64,000 bases of DNA from Eledone cirrhosa (GCA_964016885.1 OZ024742.1:200136001-200200000); one strand, 5' to 3'; counted from the stretch's first letter, positions 1 to 12,743 are shown. The notes: generated by a model not told the origin, from the sequence alone. Numbers and translations are program-made.

Positions 1-1357
1 TAACTAAAAACTTAAATAATCAAAACTTGGAAAGATTACGTAAAGAGATTAAAATCTTCTTCAATAAACTAGGCCTAGTCATCACTTTCGAACTTAATTC
101 TAAAACATCTAACTTCTTAGATGTATCACTCAACCTAAACACAGGACTAATAGAGCCCTTCCATAAAAATAACGAAAATCTAGCCTACATTAGTTATAAC
201 TCAAACCACCCTCGCTCCATAATTAACTCTATAGCACATAGTGTATCGCTCAGAATTTCACGCTTATCTTCTAACCTAGAGATTTTCAATGAACACACGA
301 ACTACTATAACATAGCTTTACTTAAGGCAGGTCACAAGGAGAGGCTCAAATACATACCAGATACAGACAACAGCAACACACCTAACGACAACAACACCAC
401 CCACACCTATAGAAATAGCAAATATAGGACTAAACATAGAAATAGACAACTAGCACCAGAAATAACTGAACCGAATACTAATATAAAGACCCCTAGGAAC
501 TATAGAAAATACAGAGATAGGAAATACTTATGGTTCAATCTAATATTTAACTCCTCTATAAAAACCAAACTAACTTCTATATTCTTTAAACTAATTGACA
601 AGCACTTCCCTAAACTTCACAAATACCATAAAATCTTTAATAGAAATACTATCAAACTGTCTTACTCTACTGCAGCCAGCATAGAATCACACATACATAA
701 AATTAACTATAGAAGAATCTCTAATGAAAATAACCTACAAACAAACGCCATAACACCAAATACAAAACACAAACACATAACAGCATCGCAACCACACATA
801 CACCAGAACGCATCACAATAAAACACCAACAAACCCAAATCACAGCCCATACATAACAACATACAGAAGCGCATGGAAGAACCGTCACAGAGGAAGGCCT
901 CAAAATGTAACTGTCACTTACCGTATAAGTGCTCACTACAAATTAGATGCCTGGAGTCAAATATAGTGTACCTGTGTACTATAAATTCAGGCAACTTAGC
1001 ATGGCACTGCGTAGGTTCTACGGCTGGGGAGTTAAAAAAAAAAGATGCTACGTCCACAGACATTCTATAAAGAACCGTAGATTAATGAACACAACAACGC
1101 TCGCCAATAAAATCTGGCAGCTTAAAGATACAAACCAAGAATACGGGAATAGCTGGTCGAAACTGTCTGGGGCAAAGGCCTACGAAAATGGAATGTTCCA
1201 CTGCGGACTTTGCAATATGGAGTTGCTTCATATTTTAAAGTATGACAAAATGCTGCTTAACAGCAAAATAGAACGGTCAATTTTCTGTAGGCAGCTACTA
1301 AATTCGCTAATTTCAAACCAACATGATTCGGTCCAACAAGCCCATTATTCAAACTGA
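1..1357 (+). mobile_element. Penelope-like retroelement (Nematis-type, tentative): degenerate RT C-terminus, linker and GIY-YIG endonuclease; runs off the window start
   Basis: ORF 27-821 has FLDVSLNL, YISYNSNHP, SLRISRLSS and LIDKHFPKLHKYHKIFNRNTIKLSYS. Frameshifted ORFs 873-1070 and 947-1357 give CNCxxxxxCxLxxxCL-IVY...(H)CVGST (GIY-YIG remnant), TTLANKIWQLK, CGLCNME and LLNSKIE. Confidence 0.85.
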
Positions 1358-1702
1358 ATCACTTAGAGTCTATTATAATAACCCATTATTAACTGTCAAT
1401 AGATCAACTAATCACTGAATCAACATCATAACCTCCTAACCTTTCTTTCTTTCACTCTCTTTCCCTAAAACTATTTCACCTCTTCCATTATATCCCATCA
1501 TGTTCGCTTCAACTCTCACCTAACTTCTAATTTATTAATTTATCTTTTATTTAGCACTGTACAATTTCTTCATAATGCATGTGTGTGTTTGATGTTTTCA
1601 TGTTTATACCATCACATCTTAATACGTTGACCACCACCACCACAACTGTTTTCGACAATCATATTATGTTCAATTTTTTTTTCACACATACATATATATA
1701 TA

Positions 1703-2707
1703 CTAGCTGACGTACACAGCTTCGCCCGGGTAAACAGATGATAAGAGAAGACAGGTAAAAGAGAAAATGACTGTATTGGATGTTTGTCTGGTTACAGTAT
1801 GGGGCGAGTCCGTGGTGTCTCTGTGATACCAAAAACAGTAAAAAAAATCTTCCAGATATACCAGATTCTTCGTTGTATCGTTTGTGCATAGTATATGAAC
1901 AATTCTAGGTGCTCCCACCTAGAATAGTGACCTCTAGGAGATGGTTCATCTTCTGCCTGACTGTAAAACGTGTATCATTGCATAGACGTGGTTGTTCCAC
2001 GTTTCTCAAAAGGATGATGGAAGTTCCAATCTTTTATATTATATGTAGATATAGATATAGATAATTAATATAAAAGATATCTGTCAATGTAAAAAAGGTC
2101 CCTATTTACTTGAAATGGTTTATACAAATGCCAAATTAATATGGATATGGATAACATGCTTATCTATAAGTGGTCAGCTATAATAATAAAACAACACATT
2201 ATATCACACAAAAATAAATATAAAAAGATGTCCTTCAATGTAAAAAAAGATCCCTATTTACTCCCTTCACAACTATGTGTATGTTAGACTGACAGACAGG
2301 CACACAGACAGATAAACTGCGTGGCGATTGTGGACCGCAGCACGTACACACACATACACGCATGGAAACGCGCACACGCACGCACACTTACACACGCACC
2401 CGGTCACTTACACACACGCACACACTCACACATGTTGATAGTTTTTACTTTCTGTGGAACGCTGCACGCACGCACATGCATAAACATACGCGCACGTACA
2501 TACACACGCACACATGTTAATAGTTATTGCTTTCCTTCCCCTCTTATTTCCACAGACATCACACACACATATGTCTCATTGGTATTATGCATATTAATTT
2601 AAGTTTGGCATCGTTGGGGTGGGCGGAGTCGTTTGAAACCTATGAACCAATGATAATGGAGAATTATGACACACGGAATACTGACATTCTTGAAATTAAT
2701 ATATAGA
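1703..2707 (-). mobile_element. Non-autonomous Helitron, an internal deletion derivative of the adjacent element
   Basis: On the minus strand it starts TC (2707-2706) and ends with an imperfect GC hairpin plus CTAG (1706-1703), followed by T. 1703-2215 nearly duplicates 2708-3220, and 2215-2707 resembles the 5' region 8350-9177. Confidence 0.9.
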
Positions 2708-5700
2708 CTAGCTGACGTACCCAGCTTCGCCCAGATAAGCAAATAATAAGAGAAGACAGGTAAAAGAGAAAATGACTGTATTGGATGTTTGTCTGGTTAC
2801 AGTATGAGGCGAGTCCGTGGTGTCTGTGTGATACCAAAAACAGTAAAAAAAATCTTCCAGATATACCAGATTCTTCGTTGTATCGTTTGTGCATAGTATA
2901 TGAACAATTCTAGGTGCTCCCACCTAGAATAGTGACCTCTAGGAGATGGTTCATCTTCTGCCTGACTGTAAAACGTGTATCATTGCATAGACGTGGTTGT
3001 TCCACGTTTCTCAAAAGGATGATGGAAGTTCCAATATTTTATATTATATGTAGATATAGATATAGATAATTAATATAAAAGATGTCTGTCAATGTAAAAA
3101 AGGTCCCTATTTACTTGAAATGGTTTATACAAATGCCAAATTAATATGGATATGGATAACATGCTTATCTATAAGTGGTCAGCTATAATAATAAAACAAC
3201 AAATTATATGACACAAAAATGTATTCAGTAATTTCCAGGCTCTTAGCCACTGAGTGATAGACAGTCAATGTTGCCCAGAGTTCAACTCGGGGAGGTGGCC
3301 TGGTTTGAACTCCAAATGGCGGATCCTTCAACTTCGAAAATAGAATCGTTTTTCAATATTAATCTAGCCCTGGCCGGCCATAGGATCCAACCTTTTTGCC
3401 AGACTCAGTATATGATGAGGTTTTATTACCACTGCAATCAGAAGCGATAAATTTGAAGGCAATTTCTACCAATACTTGTTGGTTTTTATTGCTCATTATC
3501 GACAATAAATGACATTGAACAGAAATTATAACTCTGTCAAAGCTCACAATACTGATCAAAGGACACCAATGTCTGAATCATTTACGACGAATATTCATAG
3601 CAGTGAAGGCAATTTCTACCAATACTTGTTGGTATTTATTGCGCAACATAGCAGTGAAAGCAATTTTTACCAATACTTGTTTGTTTTATTGCTCATAACG
3701 ACATTAAATGACATTGAACATAAATGATAACTCTGTCAAAGCTCACAATACTGATCAAAAGACACCACTGTCCGAATCATTTACGTCGCTTATTGATAGC
3801 ATTAAAGATATGCATACATCAGCTCAAAGCTTCATTATAGACAATATTCAGGGTTGTTCCTCTGTTAGTGGTATCAATTGCAAATTTTATACCATCAGGA
3901 TCGCACACTCGAGATGCAGCAACATACAGTTGCTCATGGCTGAATGCTGGATCATTCAAGTAGACACTGACTCGGTTGTCCCCCCTGTGCCTTGTTGACA
4001 GTCATGGAGAAGGCCAAATTGACGGGAAACTGTCTCCTTTGCCAAATGAATTGCAGAAGATCTTCACTTGGTCTCAGCATGATCCTCGGATTGAGAACCG
4101 ATTCCTCTCTGCCTGGGAATTTAAATTCTAAAACTCTTCCCTTAATCAATCTCTCAACAATCAATCTGGTACCATTGCAAAGACCCATTTTATGATTGAT
4201 ATTTCTAAGCAATATAATCGGCATACCCTTTTTCAACCTCAAAATATGTGGGGGAAATCCGAGTATTTGAAGTGAATTCAGATACTCAGTCGGAACATCC
4301 ATATTGTTCTGCTGATTAGGCTCCATTGCATCCGCACTGACGCTCAACCATTCCTCTCCAGGAAACATTCCGACTACTTGTGAATTTATTTCATCGACCG
4401 TTGCATTCGTATGAGTTGGAATAACGCGTTCCGATATCCAGGAGATATTCTGCCAAAAGGTATTCAAATTAGGGAACACCCAGTCAATCAATGCTTGGCG
4501 GTCTAGTGGCATGACCAAATGGTCTGGGATTCTTACAGTCTGATTATCACCAACGTGTGGCAATTCATCGTTTCCCAACTGCATCAACCATCGGCCGTAT
4601 GTCTCAGCCTCTTCGTTTTTCCCAAACATACGAAGTCGCATATTATCGTGTAATCGCAAAACGGGGACTTTTTCAGACATGCATCGACAATTTGCGCTCT
4701 TTGGGCATTCCTACAATTGGTAGCACCTGTCTGAAATCGCCAACAAGAACGATAGTGTTACCACCGAATGGCAGGTCACTACCGCAGATATCTCTCAAAG
4801 TTCTGTCCAATGCCTCCAGCAAATATCTGTGTGCCATTGGAGCCTCGTCCCAAATAATCAGAGACGTATTGCGTATAAGGCCGCGAGTTCACTCAACTCA
4901 TCCGGAGCCAATGGAGCCTTGAAGCATGAGTGGAAGGTCCTTCCACCACTCAGCAAAGTGGCAGCGATCCTACTGGAGGCCACAGGGAGAGCAATCTTCC
5001 TCTGAGCTCTGACTGCCGATAACATAGTGTTGAAACAGAATGTCTTTCCGGTGCCTCCTGGAGCATCTATGAAAACACAAAGTTGCTCATTAGTGGAAAT
5101 CGAGTGGAAAACGCCATCGACCAATTCTCTCTGAGATTGGGTCAACATTGGCATACGTTCATCCACAATACGTTGCTGTTCCAGTGGATCAAACTGGAAT
5201 AGTTCCCTCCGATCGAGTAGCAACCGTCTAAGCTGCAATCTCATGTTCAATGCTAAGACACGTTGCCGCATATCTCCATCAGGAATTGGCAAATTGAAAT
5301 CTCTTAAACATTTGAAATGAACTTCAAGCAGTTGCTCAATATTGATCAAAACAATAGCTTTCATCAAATTTTCATCATCGACCTGAAGATGATGCCTAAA
5401 ATCATCAACCATAATTCCCCAATGGCGTTCAAATAACTCTCTTGGAGCGGCAGGATTGCAGAATCCTAGAATCGTGACAAAAAATTGTGGCATCTGTGTT
5501 GTTCCTGCAGATTCCATGGCGTTATTCCATTCAACGTCATCCTGAAGGAGTCCCAGATGCTGACACACAACCTGGTATGTTTCATATTCCACGCCATTGA
5601 TTGTTTTCAAATCAGCGAATTCGGAGATAAAACACATCACCAGATGCTGGATGGACATTACAAACCCGTCCAATAGTCATGAATCTCAACTTTTGTTTTC

Positions 5701-8700
5701 TATCATTCTATTTCTTTCCCTTCTTATCCCGCGTATAGTGCGAAGGGAAATCACAGTAGAGTTGCCTTTGATCCGGGTTCAAAGCATGTTCCCTATTATG
5801 CTTGAACCACTCAGTCAATTCCGTCTTAGGAGGTGGTGCGTTAGCAATTCTTTCGACACCTCTTCTAGTGTCCTGAAAACAGACCATTTGCCTATTCTCT
5901 AAGTGATCCGTCAGTTTCTTAACGCTGGGTTTGTGTTCATTGAGATCAAAATCGAACAATCTCCAGCAAGCTTCGCTAGATCCAATCGAGCGAACATCCT
6001 GGAACCTGCCAACTTCATCTTCTTGGTTCGCTTCCTCATTCCTGACATTGATCATTGCCCGATCATGACCTTTGTAAACATATTTGAATATATATTTGCA
6101 AGCTTTAACTGAGCTACACATTTCCACATTAATATGACAACGATATTTCATAATCAAATATGGATTGTATGGCACAACCCATTGATTTGTAACCTGTCGA
6201 CCGTTTACATTTTCGACCAAACCGCCATCTGCAGGCGACCGTCTTCTGTATGAGGGATGAGCATCCCCAACGTTCCAGGAAGTGTTCGTGACAAAAGATT
6301 TCGGAAAGTGCTTACTGCATTGGCCATTTTTCATGCAAGGCGCTTTCCGATTTTCCACTCCGCATTGGTTGTGCACCATTGACTTTGCCACCAAGTTGCG
6401 TAGTGCCTCATTCTCCGACAGTTCAGCACACACAATGCTGTCGACATCCTCAGCACATCTCAATTTACAATCTCTATGTAAAATGATCAGCAAATGAGCA
6501 TGTGGCAATCCTCTTTTTTGGAATTCAATTATGTATGTAAAAGCAACTATACCTCCAAAGATTCCCCCTTTTTCCACATCATCCATTATCTTTTTCAGAT
6601 ATCCTTTGAATACTCTTGCCACAATATCAGGACGGTCCTTTGGCTGTTGTCCTGGCATAAGTGCATCCTTAATATCAGTCCATTCAGGATTGCATGTAAC
6701 CGTTATAAACAAATCTGGCTTTCCAAACTTTCTGACAATAGCCATTGCATCCTGATAGCGAATGTTCATATATCTCGGGCCGCCGATGAACGACGATGGC
6801 AAAATGATGCGTCGACCAATTTGCTTGTAATTGGCATCATCGGCTGTTATCACATCCTGTATATTATTATACTATTCAGCTCTGATATGTTGCTGATGTG
6901 TAGCTATATAATCTAGCCTTTGATTTTCGATCTTTGCGAATGCCATACAACAGTATTCCTGGAACAATCTGCTGGCTTGAAATAGTACATTTCTCTGTTG
7001 ATTCCTCTCGTTTAAATGGAACGCGTAAAAGTCGCTAATCGAATTATTGTGTCTATTGCTACCTCCCTGTTGATGCTGATTCTCATGATCATCTAAATGA
7101 ACAGACATGTTCCATCCATTTTCACCTTTTGGGAATAAAAGAACATAATGCAATGGATCGTATGCCCTATTTGACTCATTGATAGTCTTGAGACCACCAT
7201 CTCTGCGATTGAGGACGATATCTCTCGATCCAGGCTTATCGTTCATCAAAACAGCAACTTCACGAAATCCTTCAAGGGCATTATATCGCCGTTCATGTTG
7301 ATTCCTTGGCACTGCGTCAGCCTTAATCACCAATGTTTGCTGCTGAACATTTTGCAGTTCAGCCACCAACTTGAAATCCATAACATAAGGATTACACTGT
7401 CTAAGCCATGATTGCAAATCTAGGATCAAATCACTTAACCTTTGCCGTTCCAGTTCAGTTATATTTCCCGGCAACTTCATCCAACCGATCCTGATATCCT
7501 CCTCCGATTCACTATAATCTGGATCGTTAACGTAAATTTGAGTGAATCGAGGCCTCTCTCCTGGGGTAACTTCTAAATTACCGATACAATGATACAAACG
7601 GCCTTGAATGACTACATTCGGTTGCCATGCTCCACTCTCAAACATCTCACTAACTCTCTGCGATGCTAAAGCTAATGAATTGTTAATTTGCCGCCAATAT
7701 TTGCGCAGTAATCTACCTCGGTCTCCTTGATCACTCGACATACTTAGTATTTTAAACTCGGGTGACTCCTCATCATCCGGCATTCGCAAGTGTTCTTGTT
7801 GAATTGCTCCTTTATGGCAGCACATTGTGGTCCACGTCTTTTCGTGCCTCCAAATCAATGCTCCACAATGTAGGCACTCTGCTCGTCCACCAATCTGGAA
7901 ATGACACGGTTGCCATGATCCATTTATAATATCATTCATTCGCCTTCTAGCTTCTTTACTGGAATGAGGAGCACTTTGGCGACACATTCTCTGAACTTCT
8001 GTATTGCACTGGCGCTGTTAAGCCAGCTCCTCTTCATCCATCGCAGCACGCCGTTGCTGCTGAATTCTAGCCATCTGCTGATGGTGCTCAGCCAGTTCGT
8101 CTTCAACCATCGCAGCACGCCGTCGCTGCTTCGTTCCAGTGTTTCGTTGGCGTTGTTCAGCCAGCTCCTTTTCATTCATGGCGGCACGTCTTCGCCTCTG
8201 AAGTTCAGCGTTCCGATGGCGCTGTTCAGCCCCTTTTTCTTCATTGCTGGCTGCACGCCGTCGCCGCTGTATTTCACTGTTTGATAAAGTCGAATTGCTT
8301 TTATTATCAGTATTCATTTCGAGCAATTGTCAAAAAATGAGACAATAATAAATATAAAAGATGTCCGTCAATGTAAAAAAAGGTCCCTATTTACTCCCTT
8401 CACAACTCTGTGTATGTTAGACTGACAGACAGGCACACAGACAGATAAACTGCGTGGCGATTGTGGAACGCCACACACATACACGCATGGAAACGCGAAC
8501 ACGCACGCAAACTTACACACGTATACACTCACACATGTTGATAGTTTTTACTTTCTGTGGAACGATGCACGCACGCACACACACATAAACATACGCGCAC
8601 GTACATACACACGCACACATGTTAATAGTTATTGCTTTCCTTCCCCTCTTATTTCCACACACATCACACACACACATGTCTCTACACTGACACATATGCA

Positions 8701-9177
8701 TAGTGTATAAAACAATGACACAATAATAAATATAAAAGATGTCCGTCAATGTAAAAGAAGGTCCCTATTTACTCCCTTCACAACTCTGTGTATGTTAGAC
8801 TGACAGACAGGCACACAGACAGATAAACTGCGTGGCGATTGTGGAACGCCACACACATACACGCATGGAAACGCGAACACACACGCACGCAAACTAACAC
8901 ACGCACACACTCACACGTGTTGACAGTTTTAACTCTCTGTGGAACGCTGCACGCACGCACACATAAACATACGCGCACGTACATACACACGCACACATAT
9001 TAATAGTTATTGAACGCAGCGTTCACACTCTCCCCTCTGACTCCCTCATTGGCATTATGCATATTAATTTCAGTTTGGCGTCGTTGAGGTGGGCGGAGTC
9101 GTTTGAAACCTATGAACCAATGATAATCGAGAGTTATGATACACGGAGTACTGACGTTCTTGAAATTAATAAATAGA
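2708..9177 (-). mobile_element. Full-length Helitron, decayed autonomous element
   Basis: 5' end TCTATTTATTAATTTCAAGA starts at 9177 after an A. 3' end is hairpin ATCTGGGCGAAGCTGGGT, then ACGTCAG, then CTAG (2711-2708). It encodes RepHel and the array is inserted at an A|T within (TA)n. Confidence 0.93.
3860..8326 (-). pseudogene. Helitron RepHel protein (Zn-finger, HUH Rep and PIF1 helicase), disrupted by stops and frameshifts
   Basis: Zn finger CLHCGA...CCHKG. Rep motifs DLFITVTCNPEW, YIIEFQKRGLPHAHLLI and KYIFKYVYKGHD. Helicase motifs [41 protein letters not shown] and QFPVNLAFSMTVNKAQG. In-frame TAG stops at 6872 and 5708. Confidence 0.95.
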
Positions 9178-9713
9178 TATATATATATATATTTTTTTTT
9201 ACTTATTTTTTTTCATCTTCATTCTAACTTATTTATTATTATTTATTTATTTATTATTATTTTTTGTTTCGTTGTTTTCTTTTTTCTTTTTCTCTCACTC
9301 TTTTTCTTTGTTCTTTTTTCTTTTTCTTTCTTTATACCTGATGTTGTGTTTTGAATTTTCCTAGTATATTAAAAACGCCGTGTATAATTTTAATCAGTTA
9401 TTCTGATGATTTGATTAGGCATACATTATATTTAAAATTGAGTGACACAACTTCAAGTGATTAGCAAATTTTAGACACCCTAATAATACTGTAAATAAAA
9501 GCCTTTTTGTACTGTTGACCATGTTATTCTTCACTCTTTCCCTATTATTACTCCAAGATTAACCTGCATAGGAATTCCCGAGAACTCGCAACCTAACTAA
9601 GGAAACCTCTTGTTGAGTCAAACAAACGCCGTGTGTTAAAACTATTCACAATACGGAGTACTCACAACCTCTAATTGGATTACCTATAGCGATAATTTGT
9701 TATCCCATATACA

Positions 9714-9749
<36 letters not shown>

Positions 9750-9889
9750 GGTTATGCACGAGTGCATTAAGGTTTTCCAGGACACAGTGTTATGTACCGT
9801 GTAGGGGAAGGTCAGCTTACAACAGAGTGGTGCTCAACGAAATGCAGAAAATAGGTGTATATTCCAGTTTAGCTACACTCCGGGGCGTG

Positions 9890-10323
9890 TATAAAGAATC
9901 AAAAAGAACAGAAAGATGCAGTAAAAGAGATTTATTCGGTTCTAACGTACGTTTCAATAGACATCAATTTGCCTAGATCTCGCTGCATCTATAATATTAT
10001 ATAGTTAGTAGAGCATTCGACATCCAATGCGTAATATATTCCATATCATCAGAGATTATATTTACCGTACCAGAATGTACAGGTTTTTATAGGAATTCAT
10101 GTGAAGTTGAAGTAGAATTCCTATAAAAACCTGAACAATCTGGTACGGTAAATATAATCCCTGATGATATGGAATCGATTACGCATTGGATGTCGAATGC
10201 TCTACTAACTATATAATATTATAGATGCAGCGAGATCTAGGCAAATTGATGTCTATTGAAACGTACGTTAGAACCGAATAAATCTCTTTTACTGCATCTT
10301 TCTGTTCTTTTTGATTCTTTATA
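9890..10323. repeat. Fold-back palindrome (about 209-bp arms, 16-nt spacer), PLE pseudo-LTR-like
   Basis: 9890-10098 is the near-perfect reverse complement of 10115-10323. It ends in (TA)n and each arm carries an HHR followed by AATAAA. Confidence 0.9.
10158..10272 (+). ncRNA. Type I hammerhead ribozyme with a 90-nt branched stem II; inverted copy at 9941-10055 (-)
   Basis: CTGATGA (10161), then T-ATGGA-ATCGATT...AATTGAT-G-TCTAT-T, then GAAA-CGTACG-TT. Stem III ACGTACGT is palindromic. Stem I is short (TCT/AGA in the minus copy). Confidence 0.6.
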
Positions 10324-10518
10324 TATATATATATAATGGTTAAAACAGAAAACAAAAACAATAGTGTTAGTATTAGGTTCACGCTTGAGAGTGGAGGCTG
10401 GGGACGACGTTTCGGGCATGAACCCTTCATCAGGAGAAAAGTAGGCAGCAAAAGAGTTCCGAGGATGTGAGGTGGAGTGGTGGAAAGACATTAAAAGGAG
10501 GGGGAAAAAAGAGGGAGG

Positions 10519-10614
<96 letters not shown>

Positions 10615-10616
<2 letters not shown>

Positions 10617-11089
10617 TCAAGTTTGAGGTTCACCACTGTATAGAGCTGGTCTATTCCGTATGGTCAATCGTAATGCAATAATATAGAGAGTACTCAACGT
10701 AAAGCAGTTCAACCGTCTTTGTTTTTGTAGTTGGTGGTGCTATTACGGAGTTAAATATTATAATGAAATGACAGGAGGCTGGATTTGTGTAAATCCTTGA
10801 AAGGTTTATTATACTATGATCATTTCAATGACCGGGTTCCGTATGAATCCGGTGATATCATCAGGTATTCGAAATATAATACGTGAATGTAATAGGTAAA
10901 ATCCATGGGGCTGAAAATCGGGTCTCGATTTTCAGCCCCATGGATTTTACCTATTACATTCACGTATTATATTTCGAATACCTGATGATATCACCGGATT
11001 CATACGGAACCCGGTCATTGAAATGATCATAGTATAATAAACCTTTCAAGGATTTACACAAATCCAGCCTCCTGTCATTTCATTATAAT
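10615..11089. repeat. PLE pseudo-LTR-like element with a fold-back (arms 10757-10920 and 10926-11089)
   Basis: 164-bp inverted arms around the loop GGTCT, flanked by (TA)n on both sides. The same sequence recurs at 32059-32368. Confidence 0.9.
10978..11035 (+). ncRNA. Minimal type I hammerhead ribozyme; identical copies at 10811-10868 (-) and 32116-32173 (+)
   Basis: ATAC-CTGATGA-TATCACCGG...CCGGTCATT-GAAA-TGATCA-TA/GTAT. Stem I ATAC/GTAT, stem II ACCGG/CCGGT, palindromic stem III ATGATCAT, AUA cleavage triplet. Confidence 0.8.
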
Positions 11090-11114
11090 TATATATATAT
11101 ATATATATATATAT

Positions 11115-12480
11115 AGTATTAGTTATACTATTTATGGTTATGTAAATACAAAACCTTATGCAGTTATAAGTATTTTTTATATACACCCTAAATAGTGGTA
11201 GGCAGTAATGTATTACTACCTTATTACCAGTAAGTTAAGTAGCTCAATGTAAAAACATCAGATGATTTACAGAGCAGTTATATGAAATATAAGAATCAAA
11301 GAACTGTTCAAAACAGTATTGTGCTTACAGCTGTTTCCTCCAAACCGAGGTTTGGATTCTTCGGAGCAAGTTATTAATGCATGGACAGTTATATGACCTC
11401 CTTTTCAGCCAAGAGACATACCGATACATATGCAAATATTGTGGGTCAACATTCATTACAGAATTTAGAGTGGCAGTACTCACTTCGAGATTACATTCAT
11501 ATTAAGAGGTACAATCAAAAATCAAAAATACAGGTTAAAATACAACATGAAGATAAGCGGTTATATAGTGCAAATGTTATATGTGTGGTAAGCATGTGCG
11601 TCTTGTTTATATAGTGTGGCAGAGAGATATGTGTGGTAGAGGCACTTAGGTAGGTAAACAAGAGTGTTAGGTTGGTAGATCAGGTGGCAAATTCTTTATA
11701 TGATTGATATAGTCTGTGTGTGGAGAAATGTTATAAGCATTAAAAATAGTGCAAGCATTAAAAGTGTTAAAAGTATTGGAGATGTACAGCGAAGGGATGT
11801 CAAGTATTTCATGTACTTCGACATTTTCATTGTCAGGGGAGTGTATTTTTCGATTGTATGCCCCTCACATAATCCACGACAATTCGATATTGTGAGGGGC
11901 ATACAATCGAAAAATACAGTCCCCTGACCATGAAAATGTCGAAGTACATGAAATACTTGACATCCCTTCGCTGTACATCTCCAATACTTTTAACACCTTT
12001 AATGCTTGCACTATTTTTAATGCTTATAACATTTCTCCACACACAGACTATATCAATCATATAAAGAATTTGCCACCTGATCTACCAACCTAACACTCTT
12101 GTTTACCTACCTAAGTGCCTCTACCACACATATCTCTCTGCCACACTATATAAACAAGACGCACATGCTTGCCACACATATAACATTTGCACTATATAAC
12201 CGCTTATCTTCATGTTGTATTTTAACCTGTATTTTTGATTTTTGATTGTACCTCTTAATATGAATGTAATCTCGAAGTGAGTACTGCCACTCTAAATTCT
12301 GTAATGAATGTTGACCCACAATATTTGCATATGTATCGGTATGTCTCTTGGCTGAAAAGGAGGTCATATAACTGTCCATGCATTAATAACTTGCTCCGAA
12401 GAATCCAAACCTCGGTTTGGAGGAAACAGCTGTAAGCACAATAATGTTTTGAACAGTTCTTTGATTCTTATATTTCATAT
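11115..12480. repeat. PLE pseudo-LTR fold-back with 590-bp arms (11280-11869 and 11891-12480)
   Basis: Near-perfect inverted repeat, which explains the mirrored ORFs 11381/12379 and 11700/12060. Flanked by (TA)n and homologous to 16040-17115 and to 18130-18500/21700-21884. Confidence 0.92.
12392..12438 (+). ncRNA. Minimal type I hammerhead ribozyme, U4C core variant; inverted copy at 11322-11368 (-)
   Basis: TGCT-CCGAAGA-ATCCAAACCTCGGTTTGGAG-GAAA-CAGCTG-TA/AGCA. Stem I TGCT/AGCA, stem II TCCAAACC/GGTTTGGA, palindromic stem III ACAGCTGT, GUA triplet. Confidence 0.75.
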
Positions 12481-12743
12481 ATATATATATATAAATAATT
12501 TGAATAAAAATGGCGTAGGCTTTACAATACATCGGGAGGAAACATAATAGTACCACTGATGATGCCGCAGATGTGTGACGAAAGAACTTTGATAGACTAT
12601 ATATATATATTTACTATATTTACAAATAAATTAACTATGGAGATATAAAAGATACAGAAGCGAAAACCAACCCAAACCAAACAGTGAGTGTGTTCTGTTA
12701 TTATTTCTGGCAATATTATAACAATATAACCCTCCCCAAGTAA

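Noticed and set aside
5708-6874. In-frame stops in RepHel as possible recoding or selenocysteine sites
   Set aside because: The stops are TAG rather than TGA, and frameshifts are also present, so this is ordinary decay.
10400-10437. Minus-strand CTGATGA-AGGGTTCATGCCC-GAAA-CGTCGTC
   Set aside because: The core and stem II fit an HHR, but no stem I can form. It is probably a rearranged remnant and was not counted.
11381-12379. Paired near-identical ORFs on opposite strands (also 18743/21430 and 1659/2664)
   Set aside because: They are by-products of inverted or tandem repeats, with no protein motif.
12553-12595. CTGATGA-TGCCGCAGATGTGTGAC-GAAA-GAACTT
   Set aside because: Stems I and II are mismatched and stem III is marginal. 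At best it is a decayed HHR.
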